From: Kiritimatiellia bacterium
Lineage (GTDB): Bacteria; Verrucomicrobiota; Kiritimatiellia; JAAZAB01
Assembly: GCA_040767085.1 (NCBI GenBank)
Contig: JAXGPF010000011.1
Location: 161,369 to 225,368 of the forward strand
Reading direction: 5' to 3'
DNA length: 64,000 nucleotides
The translations under genes and the position numbers were made by a program. The notes under the pieces were generated by a model that did no database searches, was not told the DNA's origin, and saw only the letters and a list, made by a program, of their open reading frames with translations. Below are positions 1-10,680 of this stretch, in pieces. Position 1 is the stretch's first letter. The number at the start of each line of letters is the position of its first letter.

Positions 1-1514
1 CGATTGCCGATGCTGGATGTCTGAAGGACGCCACCTGTGGAATCATAAACGCCGAGCACGTTGCCCCATCCGCCGTATTGATAACTCTCTACAACCGAAC
101 CCGAAGAATCCACGATGGCTTGGACCGAACCGAGATGATCTTTGACGTAATAATAGGTATTGGTCGTTTCACCATGCATCGTCATCGAAAGAATATTGTC
201 CACGCCCGGACCATACGTGTATGACCGGACCAGATTTCCGTTCTGATCGGTGTCGGCAATCACATGCAGGCCGTCATAAATCATTTTTTCAGTCACTCCG
301 CCGCTGCTGACGGAAATCCGGCGGCCCAGCGCGTCATATCCATAGCTCTCGGACTGGGAACCGTTGATGCTGACGGACGTCAGGCGGTACCGGCTGTCCC
401 AGGTCAGAGCCAGCACTCGTCCGTCATTATATGCGATATCGGTCACATTCCCAGCGTCGTCATAATCGCAGTCGCCGATTGCGCCAAAAGTATTGAGCCG
501 ATTGCCCTGGCCGAGGCTGTAATTGATATTTGTGCCATTCTCTGTCATCTGCGTCCGATTGCCGGCCCGGTCGTAGGCGTAGGCAACGGTGAAGGTGTTG
601 GAGTCAATATGACGGATTTCAGCGGTCAACCGGTCCAGGTCGTCATAGGTGTAATCATTGGTGGCGCCTTGGTCGTTGATGACGGTCACTTTCTGCGTGA
701 TCATGCCGGCGTTGTTGTAGCCGTAGTTGAATGTGATCGGCTGGTTGGTTCCGGCAGCCCAATTGATCTCCGCAACCTGATCCATGACGTCATATTTGTT
801 GGTCACGGAAAAAACGCCGGTTGCGCGCGCCACCTTGGCAATCAGGCCGTTGTTGGAGTTGTAGCTGTAATCGAACGTGCCGGCCGGCGCGGTGATGGAA
901 CTCAACCGGTCGCCGGCATCCAACGTATAACTAACATTCCCAACAAGCGATGCGACGGAGGATACCTGGCCGCCCGGATGATATCCGTATTCCACCGTGC
1001 TGTTTGGCGTCACGCCCACAGTTTGGGTCAGCCGGTTGGCCATGTCATAGGCATTGGAGATGGCGCCCGCGCTGTCGGATACCTGTTTGAGCAGGCCGTT
1101 GGCGAGATATTCGCAGGAAATAGCGGCGTTTGGATAGGCTATCTGGGTCGGTCGTCCGCTGCCGTCATAGTCAAACGACACGCTTGAACCGTCAAAACGT
1201 GCCATGGAATCCACGAATTCGCCCACCCCGTAGCTTATGCTCATCCCCTGTCCTTCCACGTTGGTCACCGACACCGGCCGGTCTTGGATGTCAAGCACGT
1301 AGGATTCCACCGCCCGGTTCAAGCCATCGCGGATACGCAAGGTGTTGAGCTGTTGGTTGTATTCATGGGTTATGCCAACCGTCTGGCCGTTCACCGTGCG
1401 GCTGACCGACTCCAGTTTGCGTGTAGGCAACCAGGACATCCGGGTAACCCGCCCGGCGCGATCCACATGGTTGGTAAGATTACCGATGACGTCGTAGTTG
1501 AATGTTTCAAGCAT
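1..1514 (-). CDS. RHS/YD-repeat protein core, apparently 5'-truncated, running off the left edge
   Basis: Hand translation from ATG 1514: MLETFNYDVIGNLTNHVDRAGRVT...YTYDDLDRLT...YAYDRAGNRTQM...YGYDALGRRISV...YYYVKDHLGSVQAIVD...YQYGGWGN. No stop before base 1, so it is absent from the ORF track. Confidence 0.92.
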   Translation of the reverse strand, partial: MLETFNYDVIGNLTNHVDRAGRVTRMSWLPTRKLESVSRTVNGQTVGITHEYNQQLNTLRIRDGLNRAVESYVLDIQDRPVSVTNVEGQGMSISYGVGEFVDSMARFDGSSVSFDYDGSGRPTQIAYPNAAISCEYLANGLLKQVSDSAGAISNAYDMANRLTQTVGVTPNSTVEYGYHPGGQVSSVASLVGNVSYTLDAGDRLSSITAPAGTFDYSYNSNNGLIAKVARATGVFSVTNKYDVMDQVAEINWAAGTNQPITFNYGYNNAGMITQKVTVINDQGATNDYTYDDLDRLTAEIRHIDSNTFTVAYAYDRAGNRTQMTENGTNINYSLGQGNRLNTFGAIGDCDYDDAGNVTDIAYNDGRVLALTWDSRYRLTSVSINGSQSESYGYDALGRRISVSSGGVTEKMIYDGLHVIADTDQNGNLVRSYTYGPGVDNILSMTMHGETTNTYYYVKDHLGSVQAIVDSSGSVVESYQYGGWGNVLGVYDSTGGVLQTSSIGN

Positions 1515-1516
1515 TT

Positions 1517-2507
1517 GGGGTCAGTCAGTAGATATAACAATATTAAGCAGTTTGCGCCTTTTCTCCCGCAGATCCGGAGAGTTTTTTAAACGACTTTTCT
1601 GCTTCGTAATCAATTGACTGCAATACGCGCGGGCGCCCATCTTCAGCACATCTCGAATCCAGTCCAACCGCATCACTGTTTCTGACTGGATGGCTTCGGC
1701 CATTACAAGCTTGCGATAATCGTTACATGGAATCCCGGCCAGTTCTTTTTGCCTCCAGGTTGAAATACTTCAGTCCGGAGCTTAGGATCAGCCGCACGCA
1801 ACTGGATACTTTTAAATGTCAATTGTCAAGGGCTGGCCCTGCGCACTGCCGCGCTTAAGATATCGTCCGTATTCCCGTCCCGCCAGCCGACTACGGCTGT
1901 CTATTTCTACACTCCCGTATACTCGCTCCAGTTCCAGCCAGGCCGGAGCTGTAGCGCGCCCCAGGTACGCCGGCAAACTGCCCCAAGGATACTCGCCGGC
2001 TTGTTTCACCAGGCCTGCCCGCAGCGGATTGAGATGAATATACGTGCTCACACGGGCTGTGAACCCAGATTCCTCCGCGTCAATCATTACCGCCTTGTAC
2101 CGGCCCTGAAAAACATGCCCGTGCCGCCGGTGTCGCACATTGTAACGCAGGATGTAGGTGCTTAAAAACCATTTCATCCCAGCCACCAGATTGGTCTCCG
2201 GCGTTTCCAGCAGCATGTGAAAATGGTTGCGCATCAATACATAGGCGTGCACCTACCATCCTGTCCGACCACATGTTTCCCCCAGCGTCTTGAGGAACAG
2301 GTTGCGATCGGCATCATCTTCGTAAATCGCCTCCCCGCGGTCGCCACGGCTCATCACGTAACGTGTCCGCCATAGCATTGCGCGACGGCGAATACAGGGC
2401 GCCAGCGTATTCTACTCTTGGTTGCCTTGGCATATTTGGTATTTGGTATTTAACACCAATTAAATATATTAATCAAGCAAAATATACCAATATTCACGGA
2501 CTGACCC
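1517..2507 (-). mobile_element. Degenerate RAYT-like (Y1 HUH) transposase element A, composite, bounded by short inverted repeats
   Basis: GGGGTCAGTC at 1517 and GGACTGACCC at 2498-2507. N-terminal part from ATG 2433: MPRQPRVEYAGALY...HAYVLMRNHFHMLLETP...GRYKA...YIHLNP, with a 31-nt insertion and an in-frame TAG. C-terminal part 1521-1800. Confidence 0.85.
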
Positions 2508-2531
2508 TCCACCCCCTCCTTATTTCCGCCT

Positions 2532-2921
2532 TTAACGAGTGACCCCGTATCCCACGGAACACTCTTGAATTAAATCGTCTTTAGTTCCAATTATTCCATC
2601 TTTACCAATACTAATTATCGTTATTTTGAAAGAATTATTTTTGTCCGTTTTTAATGACACGGCAATATGATTTCCCCATGCATCAAACAAATTTGGATTT
2701 GACGCAAACAAATCGTGCGAATGTTTCATTATAGCATTTGTAATATTTGCCTGTATAAATTCTTCTTCTTGTAATTTATCTAAGGCAACAAAGATTTGTC
2801 CAAATGTATCATATGTTTTTAACACATTAACATAAGCTACAAGATATCTGTAAAACAAATAACTTAACATTGCAATCAATATCGACAATATGAGAATAAG
2901 GGCTATTATTTTATTTTTCAT
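2532..2921 (-). CDS. AT-rich membrane-anchored protein with GspG-like C-terminal motif; probable orphan immunity protein
   Basis: N-terminal hydrophobic helix; DAWGN...ISIGKDGIIGTKDD; very AT-rich; lies between RAYT elements in an RHS locus. Confidence 0.55.
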   Translation of the reverse strand: MKNKIIALILILSILIAMLSYLFYRYLVAYVNVLKTYDTFGQIFVALDKLQEEEFIQANITNAIMKHSHDLFASNPNLFDAWGNHIAVSLKTDKNNSFKITIISIGKDGIIGTKDDLIQECSVGYGVTR

Positions 2922-2961
2922 TGAGCAAACAATGTTGGGAAAAAGGTCCCCGTCAAAGATT

Positions 2962-3508
2962 GGGGTCAGTCAGTAGATATATCAATATTAAGCAGTTTGC
3001 TCCTTTTCTCCCGTAGATCCGGAGAGTATTTTAAACGACTTTTTTGCTTCATAATCAATTGACTGCAATACGCGCGGGCGCCCATCTTCAGCACATCTTG
3101 GACCCAGTTCAACCGCATCACTGCTTCTGACTGGATGGCTTCGGCCATTACAATCTTGCGATAATCGTTGTATGGAATCCCGGCCAGTTCTTTCGCCTCA
3201 AGGGTGAAATACTTCAATCCGGAGCTTAGGATCTGCCGCGCGCAACCGCATACTCTCAAATGTCATTTGTCAAGGACTGGCCCTGCGCATTCCTAGTCTG
3301 GTTATAAATCGCTGGCAATCCTCATTAACGTGCATTAATTTTCACGCCGTTCTCCGCGAGCCATGACGCGGCTTATCCGCCATAGCCTTGCGTGACGGCG
3401 GATAGATCGCCCCCGCATATTCTATTCGGTGTTGTCTTGCCATGTGTCACATATCGCATATCCTAAATCATTTGTTAACCATTATTTATATATCTACTGA
3501 CTTACCCC
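2962..3508 (-). mobile_element. Internally deleted RAYT-like element B
   Basis: GGGGTCAGTCAGTAGATAT at 2962 and ATATCTACTGACTTACCCC ending 3508. Retains 3' and 5' ends similar to element C. Confidence 0.85.
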
Positions 3509-3586
3509 TTATTCCCCGCATTATATGACGCCGGGGATTATTCCTACTATTTTATTTTCTATGGGATACTAGTGTCTGCATTTTAT

Positions 3587-3952
3587 TTAACTACGCCTAA
3601 TGGTCTCAATTTCCCGCTTAATGAATGCTGCACACGCCTTAAACTTATCTGTGAATGTCACTTCCGAAGTCTCGGTCATATCGATCTTTCCTACAATGTA
3701 GGTTTCATTCTTACTTTTTTTGAAATACCATCCAGAGCTTGTTCGCTTATCTTCAGAGTATTCTAACCAGTAATTAACAGCCTGAAGATTTGTGGAAAGC
3801 ACTTCTGCAATAGATATTTCCGAAATAAGATCATAAATATCGCAATATCCCGTTTCTTTGAGTAAATCTTTTATGGAAACCGTGCCTGATGTATTGAACG
3901 TTTCAGGCAAGGCTATTATTAGGTCTAATACGTCGCTATCATTAGATTTCAT
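3587..3952 (-). CDS. Probable immunity protein
   Basis: 121-aa AT-rich ORF starting 12 bp downstream of a toxin-tip-like fragment. Confidence 0.55.
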   Translation of the reverse strand: MKSNDSDVLDLIIALPETFNTSGTVSIKDLLKETGYCDIYDLISEISIAEVLSTNLQAVNYWLEYSEDKRTSSGWYFKKSKNETYIVGKIDMTETSEVTFTDKFKACAAFIKREIETIRRS

Positions 3953-3964
3953 AATACATGCCGC

Positions 3965-4183
3965 CTATCTGATCAGTTGTGTGCCATCTTCGCTCAGACG
4001 GAATCCTTTTCCAAGCAAATACTCCAATTCTTTTCGATATGAGCCCGATACTTCTCCTATATCCTTGACAGGATTGGACAAAATGATCTCGTCACCACGG
4101 GCAATTAGTCGATCCAAAAACTTTTGATTAGCTGCCCATTGTTCGGCCTTGGTCATTCTGTTCCATATAGCAGTTGGCATCAA
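3965..4183 (-). pseudogene. Orphan C-terminal fragment of a polymorphic toxin
   Basis: QWAANQKFLDRLIARGDEIILS...YRKELEYLLGKG resembles C-terminal tips of RHS/haemagglutinin-type toxins (recalled, not searched). Begins at an inverted-repeat junction and is followed by a small ORF. Confidence 0.55.
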
Positions 4184-4188
4184 AGATT

Positions 4189-5341
4189 GGGGTCAGTCAA
4201 TTGATATATCAATATTAAGCAGTTTGCGCCTTTTCTCCCGCAGATCCGAAGAGTATTTTAAACGACTTTTCTGCTTCGTAATCAATTGACTGCAATACGC
4301 GCGGGCGCCCATCTTCAGCACATCTCGGATCCAGTCCAACCGCATCACTGTTTCTGATTGGATGGCTTCGGCCATTACAAGCTTGCGATAATCGTTACAT
4401 GGAATCCCGGCCAGATCTTTCGACTCAAGGTTGAACAACTTCAATCCGGAGCATAGGATCTGCCGCGCGCGCGCTGCGCTATGCGCCTGCATTTGCGCCC
4501 CGCCATATCCATCAGCTTTTTTCGACATTTTGGCTTCCAAATCATCCCCGGCTAAGCGCAACAGCTCCTCGCGGAACGCCTGGCTGCCAAAATACCACCC
4601 ACGGCGGATACTGCTCTGCAAACTTATTCCTATTTTCTTAACGTCTACCAAACCCGCCTGCCGGGACTTGGCTGCCTGCGCCAGGGCGATCAGCCGTCCC
4701 AAATACTTCCGCCGGCAGCTGGCGTTATCCGTCAGGCCGGCCACGTTCATTCAGCGCTCCACGCTCAACCATCCCGAACGACGGCTTGGCGGCATTACAT
4801 ATTCCCGCAAACTGCACCACGGATATTCTTCCATCCGCTCACCCCGCTCAACCAGTCCGGCGCGCATTGGATTCAGATGTATATAGTCAATCAGGCATCT
4901 CAAATACGCAGGATCTTTATCCTCGATCAGCAGCGCCTTGTAACGCCCGCCAAACACATGGCCCTATAATTTGTGCCGGATATTAAACCGGCGGGTATAC
5001 GTGTTTTGCAACCAGCGCATACCGTCCACCAGATTGGCCTCCGGGGTCTCCAACGCCAGGTGGTAGTGATTGGGCAACAAAACGTACGCATGCACGATAA
5101 AACCCGTCCGCCACGCATGCTTCGCCCAGCGTGGTTATAAATCGCTGACGATCCTCATCATCGCGCACTATATTTTCACCGCGATCTCCGCGAGCCATGA
5201 CGTGACTTGTCCGCCATAGCCTTGCGCGACGGCGGATAGAGCGCCCCCGCATATTCTATCCGGTGTTGTCTTGCCATGTGTCACATGTCGCATATCCTAA
5301 ATCATTTGCTAACCATTATTTATATATCTACTGACTGACCC
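4189..5341 (-). mobile_element. Near full-length RAYT-like (Y1 HUH) transposase element C, pseudogenised
   Basis: ATG 5277 to TGA 4193 (stop lies inside the repeat). HUH motif NHYHL and YIHLNP. Has a 31-nt insertion, a frameshift and internal stops. Ends are GGGGTCAGTC and CTACTGACTGACCC. Confidence 0.9.
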
Positions 5342-5496
5342 AATTTATTACGATCCTGGTCCATGCCGGTAAAACATCTCAGGTCGTCGGCGCCGTCACT
5401 AATCATGCGCACCGCGATATTTTCCCGGACCAGCGCGTCGAAAGTGCAGGCATGCACATCGTAATGATTTTTCATGCCTATGCCGGTGATAAATGA

Positions 5497-5930
5497 GAGG
5501 TCAGTCCCATCCCAAGTGCTTCTTGCGTACATAGACATTTTTATTCAAGTCGAACGTAAAATGGCATCATTGTAAAGTGGTGCGGGGAACGGACGGGGAA
5601 CCAAATGGAAATTCTCGAATCGGCGGGTTAACGTTGCAAAATAAAACAACCACACAATAGTGTGGATGGGGGAATTATGTCTTTTGCTGCGTCAGCCATA
5701 GCCTATGGTGCGACGGCAAGACAACACGCCTTTAATGAGTGATCCCTTGCCCTGCACATTATATACCTCACGTATCCCCGGCGGTCGGACGGCGTGTCCT
5801 TTAATCCCATATTCCCCAATACCCACCCCACACTCAGCCATGCCGTCCGCATTGCCCGCAGGCATCGGACTGATCCTTGCAGCCCCAATCTACTCGTCAA
5901 TACTTATTATTAATTTATAGGACTGACCCC
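5497..5930 (-). mobile_element. RAYT remnant D between GAGGTCAGTCC and GGACTGACCCC
   Basis: WLSVGWVLGNMGLKDTPSDRRGYVRY resembles the middle of element C (WLSVER*MNVAGLTDNASCRRKY); flanked by repeats. Confidence 0.6.
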
Positions 5931-8900
5931 TCGCCCCCCCTGCTTCGCCTCTGAACCCTCGCTCTCCTTTCATGCTATCTGCCCCTAATTCCCCGAGCCA
6001 TGCGTTTCCAGCATAATTTCGATGTCATCCAACAGGTAAGACGCCGGAATGAAACGTAAAATGCCGTCCATCGGATAATCTACGGCGAACCAGATGTTGT
6101 ACCTGCCCGGAGCTAATGTCATATCCTGCACAATCATAAATTGTGGCAGATTGGATAGCGGCCCCTGGAACACAGGATGGATATTCGTCAGGTTTCCATC
6201 AAACGGCATCCAGCCCATTGCCGGAGTCAAATAATACCACGCGTTGCCGGTCTGGGCATAAGCCGCCACCCACCAATCAACATAATACCCGATATATGCT
6301 TCCGGAAGATTCATCATTTCAACGGCAATGGTCAGCGGCGTACCGGCGGTAATGTTTATCTTGCCGCCGACCAGATCATTGACGCTGAGCAAAGGCCCGA
6401 TGACCCCGCAATAACCGGTGTCATAATCGCTGAATTCGCTTTCTCCAGCGGAATTCCCGGCCTTAATCCAATAATAGTAAGTCCATTGATCCACGACGTT
6501 TGTGTCATCATACAACGTATCCGTAATTGTAGCAATATGTGACGCCGTACCAGAATTGCTGGTGGTATTCCGCCATATCTGGTAAGCCGCTGCGCCGCCG
6601 GCCGCACTCCAGATCACCCGCACCTTGTCGTTATACCCTCCATCGCTCGCTTGGATATCCACAGGGACGGAAGGCCGCTTATTAGCATTCACCGTGAAAT
6701 TCCTGATCACATTCAGCGCTGTATTCCAGTTGGAATTCCCAGCTTGGCTGGCAATAATGCTGACCGCCCCTGTGCCAGTAAAGCTCAATATATTGCCGTT
6801 TAGAACAGCCGGCCCCTTTACGTCATAGCTTATCGTCATACTGGAATTTGCTGTGGCGCTTAAGGTTATAACGCTGGCCACCTTTTGATCCGGGATGGCC
6901 GGGAACGTGATTATCTGATTTGCCTTTGCTATAATTAGCGTGCTATTGGCAAAACCTTGGTAGTTAACTTCGCTAATCGTTACGATTATCGCATAAGAGC
7001 CCGAATTAACCGGAGCTTTAATACTCCCATCGTATGTGATGAGCACAGCCAAATTGGCTGGTACAGTCATGGCCGTTATGTTCCGAGCCGCCCCGTTATA
7101 TGTTTGGTTCAGGTTATTCAGTGTGATTTTGGCTGTGGCCTTACTCACCGTCAGCGTCCCATGCGCGGAGCCCTGATAAAGATCCGAATACACAACTCCG
7201 TTTACCGCATAAATACCGGCTGCCGTTGGCGGTGTGCTCCTCCCATTATACGTGATGAACACAGGCAAGCCGTCGGGGACTGTCGTCGCTTCCACCAGCT
7301 GCGGTGTTCCATCGTAAATTTGGTTCATGTTTGTCAGCGACACTAAAGCTGTTTCCTTGCTCACATTAAATGTGTTCGTCACTGTCGGCGCTGCATTCCA
7401 GTTTATGTCACCGGTCTGCCCTGCCGTCACAATCACAATCCCAGAATTCGTAAAAGTCAGGTTCGTCATCCAGGAAATAACACCCGGGCCGGAAATCACC
7501 GCAAAATTCGTCACGGTCAACCCAGATGATGCCTGCGCGAACAATCGGACTACATTTGTTGTCATCATTGAAGAACCGTCCGCAGGTGTAAAGTTCGTAA
7601 TCGTTTGATTGCCTTTGCTCACCGTAAGTGTTGCCACTAGATACTGTGGACTATTTGTTGCCTCGGACGAAATAATTTCGTTTGTTACGTAATATGTCCC
7701 TACATTTAGCCCAGTAACAGTTACATTACCAGTAATTGTAAGCATTGATAAACCAGCCAAGCTACTTATTTCCGGAGTTGCACGCCACCAACCGGAAGCG
7801 TTAGTGGAATACTTTACGATATTCGAGATATTAATATTCCAATAGCCTGAATTTGTTATTATATAATTTTGTTCCGCCGGATCAGCCTCGCCATATACGC
7901 TCGCGTAAGTCAAACCCATAGGCAACAATCTGATTGCGCCCCTTGGCACCTGCATTACTGTCGAATTAGTACTAATTCCCGTATTATTTTCAGCACGTAC
8001 TCGATAATAATATGCCACCTTTGTTTCCAATCCTGTAACCGAGCAATTTAAGGCCAACCCAACCATCCGGTTGCTGTATCCAGGCAGATAAGATTTAAAG
8101 TCATTTGTTGGAGCTACGTCCAACCAGTAATTAGCAGCTCCTGCGGCTAATTGCCAATTAGCATCTAGAGATTTTTCAGTGAGATTTGTCGGCGCTAATA
8201 TTGCTGGCGCATCAGGACGCGTTAAAAATGAGGCTTCTTCCGTGTAATTTGTCCCTACTAAATTCACTGCATATGCTAGAAAATAATTAGTTCGTCCAGA
8301 CGGCAGATTAGTCACAAAATAGCTGAATGGATCCGTCCCAAAAACAGACCTTTCATGGAACTTCATTCCGTCAGTGCAAACGCTGCCTGAGTTCGTCCCC
8401 CAATAAATTCCACGCTCCGTTATAGAACAGCCGTTGCTTGCTGTTACAATACCGCCCAAATATGCCGTATGTGACATGATATTTGACACAACTGGCACAC
8501 CCATTGCGGGAATTGCGCGGATGATTACGCTGATCGTTTCTGAATTTGAGCTTATCATACCGGAATTTTGCGCCCGCACCCGGCAATAATAGGTGTTCCC
8601 GGCATTTACGCCGGTTACGGTACACGATACATTCGAACCCGTTAAATAGTTACTAAATCCGTCAAGACAGCTTGAAAAATCATTTACAGATGCCACATCT
8701 AAAAAGTAGTTTGTCGCCGTATCCACCGCGCCCCAATTAGCAGTAAAATTATTGGGCGCAATCAATGTCGCCTCAAGCACCACTGGCGCCGGAAGAGCAT
8801 TAATTATCAGCATCCCATTGGTAGATCCCTGATAGAGAACTTCGTTAATCTCACAGGCCACTGCGTATGAACCAATATTAGTCGGCGCCCAATTATTTCC

Positions 8901-9889
8901 TGCATAAGTAACATCAACCAACAGACCCGGGGGCACCGTCTTTGCTAACACTGACTTTGCCTTACCATCATAAATATGCGTTAGATTTTCAAGCATTACT
9001 GAAGCTAACGCTTTGATTCCATTAAACGAGTTAGTCACGTTAGGCGCGGGGTTCCAATTGTCATCACCAGCCTGACTGGCCACGACACTGACTGGTCCTG
9101 CACCGGAGAAACTAAGGTTCGTGCCGTCAGAAATATTTGCCGACCCACCGGTCAGGATAAACGTAACGTCAAGATCAGAAGATGCCGTCGCATATAGGCA
9201 TACGGTGTTAGTTATTGACTGGTCACCCGGATTTGGGAAAGTAATAGTCTGGTCAAGTTTTTGGCCCATGCCCGCCAGATTAAGCATGAAAGGCGAATTT
9301 GTGGAATTATTAACAATAGAAACAGTACATGTGTAATTCTGTGCTGCGATTGGCGCAAAAGTTACAGTGATGTTGGAGGCGTTACCAGCCGAAATCAAAA
9401 AGGGCGAGCCAGGTAGCGAAAATACACTCGCACCGGCGCCACTAGTGGTAACATCACTGATGGTTAACACGGCATTACCCGTATTAGTGAGGATATAATA
9501 GTTGGTTAAAATCTGCCCTCGAGGGATTGCTCCGAAGTCCGTACCCTTTGCTGAACTTGCGCCCTCGCCGTTGATAATCGTCGTGCCGTTGGGGCTTAAC
9601 ACTTGTAGGCCGGGGTCGGTATAAGTAAAGGCATTGGACTTGACGGTCTCCCCGAAGGAGGTTGAAAACACATTGACCGACCCGGCCCCGATAGTAGCTG
9701 CCGCGCCGGCCATCACCACAATCTGCGTGGACGATTGACTTATAATCCCGGCAACATTTATGCCGCTTAGAATGACATTAGTAACATCCATGCCATCGCC
9801 AAGGTTTGAGCCGGTAATAACAACGGTGTAACCGCCAGTGCAACTCCCGCTTGAAGGATGGACTCCGCAATGAACGGCGGTAATACGTG

Positions 9890-10680
9890 GATAGCGGTAC
9901 ACATTGGATTGAGCCCCGATATCCCATCCCCCCCCTCCGATAGCATATATACAACTATCCAACACGCTCGCCGCTAGAAACATGCGGGCAGACGGCAATG
10001 ACGCTGCTTCCAGCCATCCCGTTTCGTTATACTTGTATACGGTGGCTTTACGGTTTAAGCTATTATCGCCACCGCCAATGGCATACAGCGAACCATTTAA
10101 TACACCCGCTGCCAAATATGAGCGCACTGCTGGCAGCCCTGCTATCTCCTGCCATCCTGTCATATTAAGCCGACAAACACTGGGAGTATTATATCCGCCG
10201 ACAGCATATAACATGCCATTTAACACGCCTGCGGCTAAACCAGTGCGCGGAGCCGGTAAGCCCACCACTTCCGTCCAGTTCGTACCATTATACCGATACA
10301 CATTGGTAGAAAGACCGCCAATGGCGTATAAAGCACCGTTCAGGACACCTGCCGCCAACTCAGTTCGCGCGACCGGTAAGCCCGACACTTCCTTCCAGTC
10401 AACGCCATTGTATCGATACACGTTTGTTTTTGCCGAATCATTGTCATCCAAGCCGCCGATGGCGTATAACGCATCATCCAGCGCCGCAACCGCAAGAAAC
10501 CTACGCGCGGCCGGTAAACCTGCTATTTCCGCCCAGCTTGTCCCGTCAAAACGATAAACATTAGTTTTAACGGCATTGCCGCTATCCCATCCGCCAACGG
10601 CGTATAACGCATCGTTCAGCACACCTGCCGCCAGTTGATATCGCGCCCCCGGCAAGCTCGCCACTTCCTGCCACTGGGTC
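9890..10680 (-). repeat. Six intragenic Kelch repeats
   Basis: Repeated LPAxRxxLAAGVLNGxLYAIGG...TNVYRYNGxxWxE units. Confidence 0.85.

Noticed and set aside
264-1187. 307-aa plus-strand ORF
   Set aside because: Antisense shadow of the RHS gene.
5320-5538. 72-aa ORF
   Set aside because: Spans two repeat junctions, so it is chimeric; the fragment is not identifiable.
1517-5930. CRISPR-like interpretation of the repeated motifs
   Set aside because: Repeats are inverted pairs hundreds of bp apart, not regularly spaced direct repeats, and there is no cas operon.
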